From positions 372,001-436,000 of the forward strand of contig NW_026515690.1 in NCBI RefSeq assembly GCF_025526975.1: a stretch of 64,000 nt of DNA. Direction: 5' to 3'. The notes beneath the pieces were generated by a model. The model did no database searches and was not told the DNA's origin. It was given only the letters and a program-made list of their open reading frames with translations. Origin of the DNA: Fimicolochytrium jonesii. Lineage: Eukaryota. Positions 50,968 through 62,445 of this stretch are shown here, one piece after another. Positions within the stretch are counted from its first letter, which is position 1. The number at the start of each line of letters is the position of its first letter. The translations under genes and the position numbers were made by a program.

Positions 50968-53900
50968 GGGCTTGGTTAAGGTGAGCGGGGTTGACGCAGA
51001 ACTGGGGCGGAGTCAGCTCTGTCCGGGCCACCCATGGGGGTGCCTGGAGGTCGATTGGTTGTTTGTCGGGGAAGCGGGCAGCAAATTCGGCGTGTTTCCC
51101 GCGAGTGAGGCTATCCGTGGAGGGTAGTTCGGTTCTGGGAACGTGCGCGATGCGTAGCATGAATTGGAACTGTGTGGCGAGCGTGTGTATGTTGCGTAGA
51201 ATCCGATTGTACATGGGGTCACTCGAGGTGCCGCTGGCCCAGATCGCGATGTTGGCGGCGTTATCGGAGAACCATAGGACGCATCGTCCGGATAGCTGCG
51301 GTCCCAGTGTTTGTAGGCCGATCAGGATGGTAAGGAATTCGAATGTGCCTGATAGGGAGTTGTCGTAGCACGCGGGACACCAAGTCGCAAAGCCGTAGAG
51401 GGATGGTGTGACGACGGCAAGGCCTCCGACGCCCGAATCGCTGACGATATTGAACGTCGGTTCCGTTTCCCAGCGGTGCTCGATAAGGAGGGATGTGCCT
51501 GACCATTGGGCAATGGTGTCGAAGAACCATTTGCAGTCTGCTGTAATTTGCGCGGAGAGTTTGGGCTTGCGAATGGCTTTATCGCGGACGACTGCTTGAT
51601 ATGCCCACATGGCTCGGAGATACGTGCGGGCGTATAGGAGGATCTGGGTTATCCACGTCAGAAGGCCCACGAGCTTGTCATATTCTTTGGCGTTAATGGA
51701 TTGGAGCGCAGTCGGTGTGAGCATCGCGAGGATAGTCAGACGCTTATCGTTGGGTATGGAAATGGTCATTTCGGTTGAGTCGACGAGGAACCCAATGAGC
51801 TTGCCGCAAGTGCCGACGAACTCCTGTCCCGTATCCAGCGGGAGCCCGATGATATTGAAGATGCGTTTAACTTGGGCTAGTACGTGAGGGAGAGTGGTGA
51901 GAGCAGCCGGTCCGAAATGGTTGTCGCTGTAATGGAGGGCGTCTTTTACTCCGTAGTTCCGAAGCGCCCAACAGATCAGATCGCCGACGATGCAGCAGTA
52001 TGTGCCTGCGGAACGGACGCCAAACATGGTTGCGTGATCGATGTAAAACCGGGCGTCCCAGTAAAGGAGTTGGAGCATCTGGTCCGTGACGCGTGTGGGC
52101 TGTTGGCGGTAGGCGGCTACCATGTCGACCATCCAAAACCCAGCAGGGATTCCACGGCGCTTGAGGCTAGTGAGCGCGGTGATGAACACGCCGATGCGGT
52201 CGAGATGCAGATCGGGGAACGGGAGGATCCCATCGTTGACGGAGCGTGAGCGAGGGGAGGAAGCGTCGTGAACGATACGGTATTTGCCGGGCTTGTTCGC
52301 TTTTGGTACGGTGGCTAAAGGGCTCCCCATAAAATACGGGAGTTTCGCGAGGTGTTCGGGGGGTAATTCGGATCGTCGCCCGGCGCATATTTCGGCATGC
52401 ATGTTGTCGGACACATGCTGCGCTTGAGCGGATGCGCTGGGATGGTTCTTTGGGATGTATTTGGTGCGAGTCCCCTGGAACATGATGGGGAACCCGGTGG
52501 CGAAATGTCGGAGCACTGATTCGAGCAATGGGCGGTTGGGGAAGTCGGTCATGATGCGGCGGAAAGCGTGAATATTAAAGGTCGTCGGTAGGCGTGCGAT
52601 ATTACAGTCCAGAGCGGTATGGAGGGCTTGAATTTCTATCTCGGTAAGCGGTGGGTCGGGGAAGGGAGGTCGCAAAATGGATTGTTGGGCTGTGGGTAAC
52701 GGGGTTTGTTGCGTGGGGAAGGTATGACGAAATTCGCGTGGGACGATCTGAAGGTGCGGTGGAGCCCGGTCCCGCGTTTCGGAGTACTTTGCTTCGGCCA
52801 GGCGCTCTTCAAGCAGGGGTGAGGTTGTTGTCGTTTGATTGTCTGGGCGGTTCGGATGCAGCTGCTCGCCCGCCGCGGCAGGCATGAGCCGGGTGATTTC
52901 CCTTGCAGCGGGCGCAGTGGTGCTTGTAGACGCAATGGTCCCGGTGGCACCCGCGGGGCGTCTGGTAATCGCCGCAATGGTCGGATCGCGTTCCACCACG
53001 AGATTCCCTTCCTCGTCGATCATAAGGGTTCCAACGATCGCTGCTGCTTTTAGCATTTGCCACGTAGCTCGGCTTGGAGTAGAGGTACTGTGCCTTGAGC
53101 TCTTGAATTTCTTCCGATAGGGGCTGAACCACGTTGTTCGAGGCGTGCTTGCGGCGGGCTTTGTCGTACTGATAGACCGTGGACCAGACCCAAGCTTGCG
53201 AAAGCGTGATGATTTGGGCCTGGTAACGCTCCAGGTCGGGGACGCGAGACGGGTAAATAAAGGTATGAACAAGCTTGTATACCGCCCAGGCCTCGATCCA
53301 GAAGGCGAGTGAGTTGATGCCTTGCGCTTGGCCTCGCTCGTTGATTTCGAGCTTGTTAGCCTCCGAAAGCAATAGATCATAGCGTTGGGACGACGACAGC
53401 TGAGCCTTTGGGTGTATCTTTTCGAGTTCGACGAAGCGCAGGTGGATGACATCCTCGAGGACCTTGGGGGGTAACGTTGGGCAGGAGCTATTCTCGAGGT
53501 TTTGCTTGAGGGCGCTTGCGTTCGCAATGTTGTGCGCGCGGCGTTGTAGCATTTGGTTAATGGCAGGGTCGATCGAGACGGCCTGCGCTGCGGCATACGG
53601 CCCGACAGGTCGACTGCCAAAATACGCGGCCACGCCCAACTCTTCTGGAGTAAACGGCAAATGGACCCCTCCGGGCAGGGCTTGAAGTTCCGCGGAGGGC
53701 GCGGCTTGATAACCTTGTCCCGGAGGCACAAGAAAGTACCCGGGGTGCATGGGCAACGGCTGGCCGAGCGAAGGCAATGGCTGGCTGAGCGTGGGAAAAT
53801 GAGGTGCAGGCGCGAAAAAATGAGGTGCGGGCGCCCCGAATGTCCACGGATTGCCAGCCCCAGCGGGAGGAAGCCCCAGCATGGGCCCGCCCGTAATGGT

Positions 53901-54193
53901 GGTGAGGATTGGCCCCCCAGGTAGACTTCCCGGAACTTGCTCGGTCGTGGGAACTCCCGATGGCTGAGCGCCCGAGTCGACGCTCGTGGGAACTCCAGAG
54001 GGCACAGCAGAGGTCGAATCCCCCACGCCGCCCGGCATTGGCTCAGAAGCTCCAGCGCCTTCTTGGGAGGTCGTTGCGGTGGCACGAGGGGGAAGCTTGT
54101 CACGGAGGTATGCAAAGGCGTCCGAAGCCGCTGCGAAGCGAAGGCCGGAAGTGGTCGCAACGAGGGTACTCGGGAGAGCTTGAGTCTTGTCAT
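50960..54193 (-). CDS. Ngaro ORF2: reverse transcriptase + RNase H (frame open for 1077 codons)
   Basis: SPLATVPK..GKYRIVHDAS..SVNDGI, MVDMVAAYRQ, MFGVRSAG and YSDN; RNase H acidic residues in SDSG, FEF, SDN and TDSLTR. Confidence 0.93.
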   Translation of the reverse strand: MTRLKLSRVPSLRPLPAFASQRLRTPLHTSVTSFPLVPPQRPPKKALELLSQCRAAWGIRPLLCPLEFPRASTRALSHREFPRPSKFREVYLGGQSSPPLRAGPCWGFLPLGLAIRGHSGRPHLIFSRLHLIFPRSASHCLRSASRCPCTPGTFLCLRDKVIKPRPPRNFKPCPEGSICRLLQKSWAWPRILAVDLSGRMPQRRPSRSTLPLTKCYNAARTTLRTQAPSSKTSRIAPAQRYPPRSSRMSSTCASSNSKRYTQRLSCRRPNAMIYCFRRLTSSKSTSEAKRKASTHSPSGSRPGRYTSLFIPLFTRLASPTWSVTRPKSSRFRKLGSGPRSISTTKPAASTPRTTWFSPYRKKFKSSRHSTSTPSRATWQMLKAAAIVGTLMIDEEGNLVVERDPTIAAITRRPAGATGTIASTSTTAPAAREITRLMPAAAGEQLHPNRPDNQTTTTSPLLEERLAEAKYSETRDRAPPHLQIVPREFRHTFPTQQTPLPTAQQSILRPPFPDPPLTEIEIQALHTALDCNIARLPTTFNIHAFRRIMTDFPNRPLLESVLRHFATGFPIMFQGTRTKYIPKNHPSASAQAQHVSDNMHAEICAGRRSELPPEHLAKLPYFMGSPLATVPKANKPGKYRIVHDASSPRSRSVNDGILPFPDLHLDRIGVFITALTSLKRRGIPAGFWMVDMVAAYRQQPTRVTDQMLQLLYWDARFYIDHATMFGVRSAGTYCCIVGDLICWALRNYGVKDALHYSDNHFGPAALTTLPHVLAQVKRIFNIIGLPLDTGQEFVGTCGKLIGFLVDSTEMTISIPNDKRLTILAMLTPTALQSINAKEYDKLVGLLTWITQILLYARTYLRAMWAYQAVVRDKAIRKPKLSAQITADCKWFFDTIAQWSGTSLLIEHRWETEPTFNIVSDSGVGGLAVVTPSLYGFATWCPACYDNSLSGTFEFLTILIGLQTLGPQLSGRCVLWFSDNAANIAIWASGTSSDPMYNRILRNIHTLATQFQFMLRIAHVPRTELPSTDSLTRGKHAEFAARFPDKQPIDLQAPPWVARTELTPPQFCVNPAHLNQAHV

Positions 54194-54203
54194 TGCCGGC
54201 CAT
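52809..54203 (-). CDS. Ngaro ORF1: Gag-like protein with C-terminal zinc fingers
   Basis: WIEAWAVY..Y...I..L....W..VYQYDKARR helical motif and C-terminal CGDYQTPRGCHRDHCVYKHHCARCKGNHPAHAC. Confidence 0.88.
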   Translation of the reverse strand: MAGNDKTQALPSTLVATTSGLRFAAASDAFAYLRDKLPPRATATTSQEGAGASEPMPGGVGDSTSAVPSGVPTSVDSGAQPSGVPTTEQVPGSLPGGPILTTITGGPMLGLPPAGAGNPWTFGAPAPHFFAPAPHFPTLSQPLPSLGQPLPMHPGYFLVPPGQGYQAAPSAELQALPGGVHLPFTPEELGVAAYFGSRPVGPYAAAQAVSIDPAINQMLQRRAHNIANASALKQNLENSSCPTLPPKVLEDVIHLRFVELEKIHPKAQLSSSQRYDLLLSEANKLEINERGQAQGINSLAFWIEAWAVYKLVHTFIYPSRVPDLERYQAQIITLSQAWVWSTVYQYDKARRKHASNNVVQPLSEEIQELKAQYLYSKPSYVANAKSSSDRWNPYDRRGRESRGGTRSDHCGDYQTPRGCHRDHCVYKHHCARCKGNHPAHACRGGRAAASEPPRQSNDNNLTPA

Positions 54204-54277
54204 TCTTATGAACGAAAGGTAGTCTCTATGCTCTACTGAAAGGTCGCTTGCGAATGTCCTGTAAGGTCCCAAACGAA

Positions 54278-54422
54278 GTAAACGAATCTATGGCTTACGC
54301 TGAGCGGGATGGGAGCGAAGAGAGAAGAGGGAGAACGAGGAAGGAGCTATTTAGGGCCTTTTCCCTCATAAGGTGGCGCAGTCACGGCTTACGATCGATG
54401 CCCTTCACTGCATGAATGGAAA
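54278..54422 (-). repeat. Ngaro split direct repeat A1 (145 bp) containing TATA-like TAAATAG and a pyrimidine tract
   Basis: Identical to 49491-49635. The minus strand reads ccctaaatagctccttcctcgttctccctcttctctcttcgc. Confidence 0.93.
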
Positions 54423-55127
54423 TCACGCGCGATTTCCTGCCGCTCCAAATAGGTCTGACCTTGTTTCGCGAGTGGCCGGTGGTCGCTGCATCGGCATCCG
54501 GGAGGTCCTTGGACCGGTGAATGTTCAGCATGATTGCGCTCACGGCGCACTGCCATGTGTTGCAGAGGCACGAGCAGGAGAGTTTGTTGAAAGGGAGCAG
54601 GATCTGGAAAAACGCCAGGACGTCGTTATACACCAGGATCACGGGATGGTGTTGCTCAACATCTTCTGCATGCGGACTGCCTGGGTCCTAGATGAGGGAT
54701 ACGAACTCCGAATTCCAAACGTCAACGTGCAGCAAGTAGGGCGGGACGCATAAGAAGAATACGCTTACGGCAGAGAGGAACGCATTTGCATTCGCGATAA
54801 CGTCTACAGCAACCGATCCGAACGCGAGAGTGCACCATCGCCGGAACCGCCGTCGGTAACGTGCAATGGTTCGCACATGGCGGATGGATATTGAGCAAGC
54901 GCGTTAGCTTCGATGGTGAAGTCGAGCCGGGGTCGAGGAGCCCTGCCGTGCGGATCAGCTATGATGGGCGCGACGAGGAGGACGGCAACCCGAACGAGCA
55001 AGAGTACGAACACGGCAACAGGGAACACGTTGAAGCTCGCCCGTCGTCGTTTAGCCATGGAATGTCCGACTCGTCCACTGGATGCGCTAAACATGAGTGC
55101 TTCTGTTAAGACCCACCCAGTCCACAC
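54423..55127 (-). pseudogene. Possible degenerate multi-pass membrane protein gene abutting the Ngaro 5' end
   Basis: Successive hydrophobic segments in different frames: FNVFPVAVFVLLLVRVAVLLVAPII, WCTLAFGSVAVDVIANANAFL and ILVYNDVLAFFQILL..AVSAIML. Confidence 0.3.
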
Positions 55128-55433
55128 TGGACATTGCCCACCTATTGCACAACATTACATCTTAGAGCAATTTTCATAGATAGGGTATGTACGGTACGTA
55201 GACGACGAATTGTTCACAGGGCGTTCCTCATGGTTCCTCACGTCAAGGCGACGCGTCGTCTAAAAGCGTGTAAAGCGTCTAACAGGTAAACTTTAATGAC
55301 TACCTGCGGCTTGTCCATATAAAACTGGAGGTCAACTTCAGCGAGTATAGGTACCGTACAGTACGTAGCATAACGCTTCTGGGCAGGAGCACTGAATCTT
55401 CAAACCTCAGTACAACGAACGAAAGCACTCAAT

Positions 55434-58400
55434 ATGGCTGACAAGGAGATAGGTAGGTGGCTGGTGCATATGCGGCCTTACCTCCTGATAGGGATGACCG
55501 TGATCTTTGACCCATTGCACTCTCGGCTACCTCACCGTCCGCAGAGCTCCTGGAGGGTGTCGAACTGCGTTTCGCCGTCGCAGACACTAAGGAGCGCTTC
55601 GAAAAGGCGGTTGGGACTTTCTTGACCCCGGTCCTTATCAAATTGAACTCGCCGCATAAAGTTGTGCAGACACAGGTAGTCTCCGTTTGGAAGAGTGGGA
55701 GACGCGAGCGGTCGATACTCCTTGAGGGATAGACCGGAGGGAAAGAGAGAGTGCTTCAGAGAACCAAGCAAACATGGACTCACAGGTGCGAACTTGCAGG
55801 TCATGAGTTTGTGCAGTCACGTCAGCAAAAGGTTCAAATCGGATCCGACACTGTCCCTTCCCATGTCCGCGCTGTTCGATCTGTGGGAGGCTGAAAGCAC
55901 AACTATGATAGTGCGGAACTTCTGTTTGATCTATCTTGAGATCGGCTTCAACCGAATCACGGACGAGGTAACTAGTATGTTTGATGTCCATCGTAGTCCA
56001 TCCCTGTTTAATCACCGTCTGAACAGGAAAAAATCAAATGTCTTCCTCGTTTACTACGGAATATCTCTCGCTGCATGCCAGCGCAACAAGCTGCCATCAT
56101 GCAAATGGCCCTTCACATCATCGGAACTCTGACACGCACGAGAAACCCTGTATTAGACCCTAGTGTTGACTGGCACATTCCTCCCGCCGACATTCGCTTC
56201 TTTCTGGAGAAGCTCGCAGATCTGATGCTGTACGCACCTGCTCCCAAAACGACCGCGGTGACACTTGGCAATAGGTAAGACATGTAGTCTTTGGCTCAAG
56301 TGATCTCAAATTAACGACACTGTCAGCAAAGGCCACCAAATGCGCCGCCCCTCGACGTGCCGCCAACGTTCGTTCCACCAGCGATGAGCAAAGAGGAGAT
56401 CACCTTCATCACAAACAACAACAAGGCGAGCTGGACTTCCTCATTGACGGAATCGAATAATATGAAGCTTTCTGTCTTGCGTTTCCTCGCATTGCCCGGA
56501 TTGATCCCTCAAGACGAGTTTCACTGGGAGCGGTATCACGTGTACCTGGCCGCGGCGGGCGACGCAAATCACGAGCTGATCAGTGCTGGGGAAGATGGAA
56601 TGAAGCGATATGCTCAGCCAGATTTGGAAAATGCGAATGTTGTTCGGGCATTGTATGCGATGTACCAAGGAAAACCGTCGAACAACCCTGATAGCCACCG
56701 AAGTCCCGCAACGCCTTCTCTAAAGAACAGGATCTTGAGGGTTTTGCTCAAGTCTGCGACAGCGGCAAATACCTTCCCGAACATGATTCAGGTTGCTTTC
56801 GACGCTCTGAACGGTGAAACGACCACTCCGAAACTGCGGGCTTCAGGGATGTCGTTCGTCCAGTGGATCGCCAGAATGACGAAAGACGAGACCATCAAAC
56901 CCATCGCCCCTATCCTTTTGACGGCACTGCTGCAGTTCATCGAGCGGACGAAATCTGGTTCCCCCTCCGCCGAGAATGATTCGCTACGGGGCTTCGCGTT
57001 CGAAGCCGTCGGATTAGTCGCCAAGCGTGCACCTGACGTTTTCGACGTTTCCGTCCTTCGAGAATTGTTCGCATCTTTGATGGTGGAGTCGGCCAGTGTC
57101 CAAGTCTCGGTTTTGGATGCGCTTTCAAACATGAGCAACGCCTACCAGAAGATGCTCTCACAAGACCCGAGCAAAGAGACTGAATTCAAAGAGCTGCTGT
57201 TAGGGAACGTCTCGAACACCAACCACCGCTCGCGATACATCACAGCCAAATACGCCAATGCGCTCTTCCCATATAAAAGCGCATTGGCGCGGTACATTGA
57301 CGTTATTCTCAGCCAAGATTCCAAACCCGAAGTTCGCGACGAATCACTGAAGGGTCTCGTGTTCCCGGAAGCCGACAACTGCGCGAGCGACGATCTTCCC
57401 GTCTTTGGCGATGTCCTGGCACTGGTTTCCTCGAATATTGAAAAGAATCCGAAAAGCTTCGCACAGAAAGCTCATGTGAGACAGGACGGGACGCTACACC
57501 CTGTCGTTCTGGCTGACTTTTTGAAGTACTTCCGGCATCTTCTCATCCTCCGCGCGAACCCGAAATGTGTGCTGGGGAGGAAAGGGCTGGATGACTTTGA
57601 GGATATTGCGGATGTGGAGACTAGAGATGCGCTCGTCGCGGTGTTGGCGCAAATGAGCGCGGACACGGAGACGTCGGGGTTGCGAGCGTACACAGACCTG
57701 CTCACGTTTGCGCTGCAAGTTGACTCTGGGGAGCTTCAAGCGGCGGCATCGTATTGCTTGTTGGAGTTGATTTCCTTTGGCCCGCCGGCGATCGGGGCAA
57801 CTTACATTAGCCAGATTGAGTGGATCAAGGTATTTTCGACGCCTTTCAGTATGAGACCTCGCTCTGTGATGGTTCATCTGACATGTGTCCACAGTCCTTT
57901 ATTGTCGCAACCAGAGCAGAGACGAGGATCTCCATGTCCCACGTACTCGGTCTCGTGGTCACGACTCAACTCGACGATCCGATGCAAGTAAAATTCGTGT
58001 CAGAACTCTTGGTAGAGTTTCAGAAGACGGCACAGGACAAGCAGACTTCCCCAGAACAAAGGCATGGCGCAACCCTGGCCCTCGGCTACATCGTCGGACG
58101 ATCCTCCTATCGGTACTCGAAATCTCCCCTCCCATCGGACATCCTTTCACGAAGTCTCGAAGTTATAGTCAAACAACTAGATGCGGGCACAAATCTCGAG
58201 ATTCTGGGAGCATGCGAAGCCTTGTCTGAGGCTGGTCGGTACTCCGCACTACCGCGATCGTCCACGCTAGCCCCTGATGAAGTCATCAGAAAGCTGATCG
58301 CGTTGATGAGCAAATCATCGTCGAACAACGACACGAAGATCCACGAACAAGCGATATCCGCCATGGGACAGCTAGCCAACGGCGACCATGGTCTGTCAAA

Positions 58401-61400
58401 GCAGGTGTTTGATCACATCTACACTCTGGCCTCGTCGCATTCGAAACAGACGGAGGTTCATTTTACCATCGGAGAAGCCATCACTGCCGCAACGTGCGGT
58501 TTTGTTGCCACCCACATGCAGAAATATTTGGACATTCCGACCGTGACTGTGGAATCCAAAGCTCCAGCGGAAACCGTCCAGGAAGTCATCAACACGTTAC
58601 TGGAGAAGATAGCGCCCGGCAGCGCCCCGGTGGTTCGGAAGAATCTTGCGATTTGGTTACTGTGCATCATCAGATTGGGTGGGAAGCATCCGGTCGTCAA
58701 AGCAAATGCGCTGAGGTTGCAGTCGGCGTTCGCTGGGCTCCTCGGAGAAACGGACGAGTTCACTCAGGAGGTGGCGTCGAGGGGAATGGGATTGGTGTTT
58801 GAGCTTGGTGATGAGGCGGTGAGGTCTCAGTTGGTCGGGTCCCTGGTCTCGACATTGACAGAAGGGAAGAAGATCGCCCCGCAAAGTGTCACCGGCGAGA
58901 CCCAGCTCTTCCGAGACAACGCCCTCGGCTCTGCGCCGGAAGGCGGCCAAGTCTCTGGCACGTACCAATCCATCCTCTCCCTCGCCTCGGACATGAACCA
59001 GCCCGATCTCGTGTACAAGTTTATGTCCCTAGCAGCGCACAATGCTGTCTGGAACTCCCGGAGAGGCGCCAGCATGGGCTTCAGCACTATCGCGACACAG
59101 GCCACCAAGGAACTGGAGCCTCACCTGCCCGCCATCATCCCGAAACTGTACCGCTTCCAGTTCGACCCGAACCCTAAAGTAGCCGAAAGCATGAAGAACA
59201 TCTGGCAGACATTGATTAAGGAGCCCAGCAAGACCCTCGACGATTATTTCGAGACGATCATGAAGGATCTCTTGGCGGGCTTGGGCGATCGGCAATGGAG
59301 GCTGAGAGAAGCAAGTTGTCTGGCGCTGGCGGACTTGACGTCGTCCAGGGAGATGAAGCAGCTCGAACCGCATTTGGAGGAAATGTGGCTGATGTGTTTC
59401 AGGGCGTTGGATGATATCAAGGAGAGTGTGAGGACCGCGGCGTTTAGGACGTGCAAGGCGTTGACGAACAAGACGGTGCGATACTGTGATCCGACAACGG
59501 AAGCTGTTGATGAAGGGAGGAAGGTGATGAGGATCGTGGTGCCCTTCTTCTTGACGAAGGGGCTGCAATCATCGGCTGAAGACGTGCGCAACTTTTCTTT
59601 GGCGACAATCCTTAAGATCTGCAAGAAGGGAGGATTCTTGTTGAAGCCTCACGTCACGGAGCTCGTTGCGACTCTGCTAGAGTGCCTGGCTACCATGGAA
59701 CCCCAAGTCCTGAACTACCTCACCTTCCACACCGACAAGTACAACATCAGCCAGGAGCAGCTCGAAAACTCTCGGTTGAGCGCTGTACGAAGCTCGCCAA
59801 TCATGGACGCGATTGAATCGTGTATCGATCAAGTCGACGGTGAAGTCCTAAAAGCCCTCATCCCGCGTCTCAACGGGCTCATCCGAAAGGGAGTCGGGTT
59901 GCCAACCAAAGCTGGCAGCGCCCGCATCGTGTACAGTCTCGTCCAACGCGCACCGAACGACCTTAAGGAGCACGCAGACAGTCTCCTGAAAGCGCTGAAA
60001 TCAGCCATCTTTGATCGTTCGATAGTTGTGCAGAAGGCGTTCGCGAGCGCCATTGGCCACCTGGCCAAAGTGTGCAGCGATGGCGCGGTCGAACAACTGT
60101 TGACATCCATGATCGACATATACCTGCAGACCGATGATCCGGACAAGCGACCCATCCCTGGTTACATTTTCCTGGAATTCGCCAAGAAATCCTCGGACAA
60201 GGCCAAGGAGTTCCAGGGCAGAGTTCTGCCAATCGCCTACCTTGGCGCTCGCGATGACACCGATGCAATCAAGCTCGTCTGGGTCGATGTCTGGGAGGAA
60301 ATGACCGGCGGGTCTGCAGGAGCCATCCGGTTATGGATGAAGGAGATGATGGGCATGATGGATGGTCTTTTGGCGTCCACGCCGTCCTGGAGTGTCAAGA
60401 AGCAGGTTGCGATGGCGTTGGGGGATATGGCGAAGGCGCTGAGGGAGAACTTCAGTCCGTATATGAACGAGGTGGTGGATATGCTGATTAGCGCGCTAGC
60501 GGGACGGACGTGGGAAGGGAAGGAGGCTATTGTCAATTCTTTGGCTACCGTGATTGTGGAGAACAAAGGCTGGTTCGCAACGCCGGAGGGCGCCGCGAAA
60601 GTCGATAAGATAACTCAGGTAAGGTGATGGAGTTCTTCACCGATCCGTGATTCAAATGGAGATATTAACAATTGTTTCCGCTCTAGATCCTCATCCAAGA
60701 AGCAAAGAAAAACAACAAACCATACAAGCGCCATAGCATAGACAGTCTCGGAAAGGCATTTGACGCTCTGAACATCGACAAATATGCCGATTTGTACGAC
60801 TATCTCGCCGAGCTGGCAGCTCCGGAGGCCAGCGATGATATGGAGGTCGACGATGAGGACGACCAGAGGCAGAAGACCCTTGGGTTGTTGATTCGAGCCA
60901 CGAGTTTCAAGACTCTTGCGCTATGTTTCCCCAGGAACAGCCCCGAGACACAAGGTATGCTTTCTCCTCTTGACGTCGTTGACGTTTTGAAGGCCATAAG
61001 TTGATTCTTCATCGTTGCAGCCAAATATGCAGTTCCACTGTGTACGCTCCTGACCAAGAACCTAGATGGCAATGTGTGGAACGTGCGCCTGGCTGTGATC
61101 GAAGCTTTTGAGACATTTTTGGACAAACTTAGCTCTCCTTCGGAGCTCCTGACTCCTCAAGTTGTCAGTGAAGCCATAAATCAAACAATAAATTGTCTGG
61201 AGGACGGAAAGGTGAGGCAGAACGTTCATTTTCGCCTAGTCTGTTACGCTCTGAACTAAATCGCTCTCTCGCAGTATACATCCGTTCGAACAGCCGCAGC
61301 TCGCATGCTCCATAAACTCGCCACGACGACTTTACCGCTGTTACCCGACTCTGTTCGCTTAGAAGCAGTCACAAAGTTGGACGGTTTGACGGGTAAAGAG

Positions 61401-61469
61401 CTCGTTCCGCTGGTCGCAGAAGAGATCAAGAAAGCACGGAAAGTGCTCGCTGCAATGGATGCGAGCTAG
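55434..61469 (+). CDS. ECM29: Proteasome adapter/scaffold Ecm29 (HEAT repeats); multi-exon
   Basis: ELLEGVELRFAVAD..VLIKLNSPH, DEFTQEVASRGMGLVFE, TYQSILSLASDMNQPDLVYKFMSLAAHNAVWNSRRGA, PKLYRFQFDPNPKV, WRLREASCLAL and DDIKESVR; stop TAG at 61467-61469. Confidence 0.95.
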
Positions 61470-62445
61470 ATCTGAAGCACCCGGGGTCGTCCCAAGTCTT
61501 CTTTAAATATCATCCCCGCGTAATGACATTTTTATCATATAGCATATCGAGTCCAGTCTACACATGACAACCTCCACGGGAAAAGGAGAGAAGATGCTCT
61601 AGTGGACTTGCTTTTTTCTTCGGAACCTTGGAATCGTGAAAGAATGCGATAGAGTTGAATTTTGCGCATTAACACACTGTAAAGGCCGTAGTGAAAAGCG
61701 AAAAGCACCAAGCTTTGTTGTCCCTCTGGTGTCTGGATGGCCATGACACAGCTGCCCGCCTATTCGGCGAGCGCCTGAGCAAGTGCTACTAGAGACGAGC
61801 GCGGCAACAAGCATGGTGGTAGTGTTGCGTTTCCGACTGGAATGCAGGGGGATAAGGATTGCGTGGAAGCTCGGCGAGCAAGGTCGGCTAGAAGGTCGGC
61901 GAGGCTCAAGAAAATCGCACATGCGCCACTTTCTGCGCCCCCTGCCTTGGTTACCGAGGGCTTGGCGCCGCGATTGACGGCGGAGTTCATCAACTGACAG
62001 TTGGTAGCGCACTGTCCATCCAGACAAAAGCATACCGAGACGGATTGTGCTCGTTGGGCGACATTTGTCTCTCGCCTCGCGAATATCCAAAGGCCTCGAC
62101 CATGGGTGCTCAGCTATGCAACGAATACCGATGGTGCAAAGGCGGAGCGGCAGTTGGGTCGGGTCGCAAATCACCGTTTTCCCATCTGACACCGATCGGT
62201 CGTTTTGATTTGAATAGGCTTATTTTTAGCATACATATAAGCAACACAATGGGTACCCGACTAGTAAGGACCGCAGTCAGACAAAGATAGGCAATGACCG
62301 CAGACCGTAAATAAGACACCCATACCAAAGCCGAACACTTGATAAACTAGACCCTTCCCTCCAAACTTACCGTCCTCTCTGCAAAAATCATATATACTTT
62401 GACACCGGCAGAGTAGCACACATAACTAGTCACACCAACGTAAAG

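Larger units (their letters stand above)
49381..54422 (-). mobile_element. Full-length Ngaro-type tyrosine-recombinase (YR) retrotransposon, 5,042 bp
   Basis: Split direct repeats in the order A1-gag-RT/RH-YR-B1-A2-B2, uninterrupted ORFs, and no target-site duplication seen. Confidence 0.95.
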
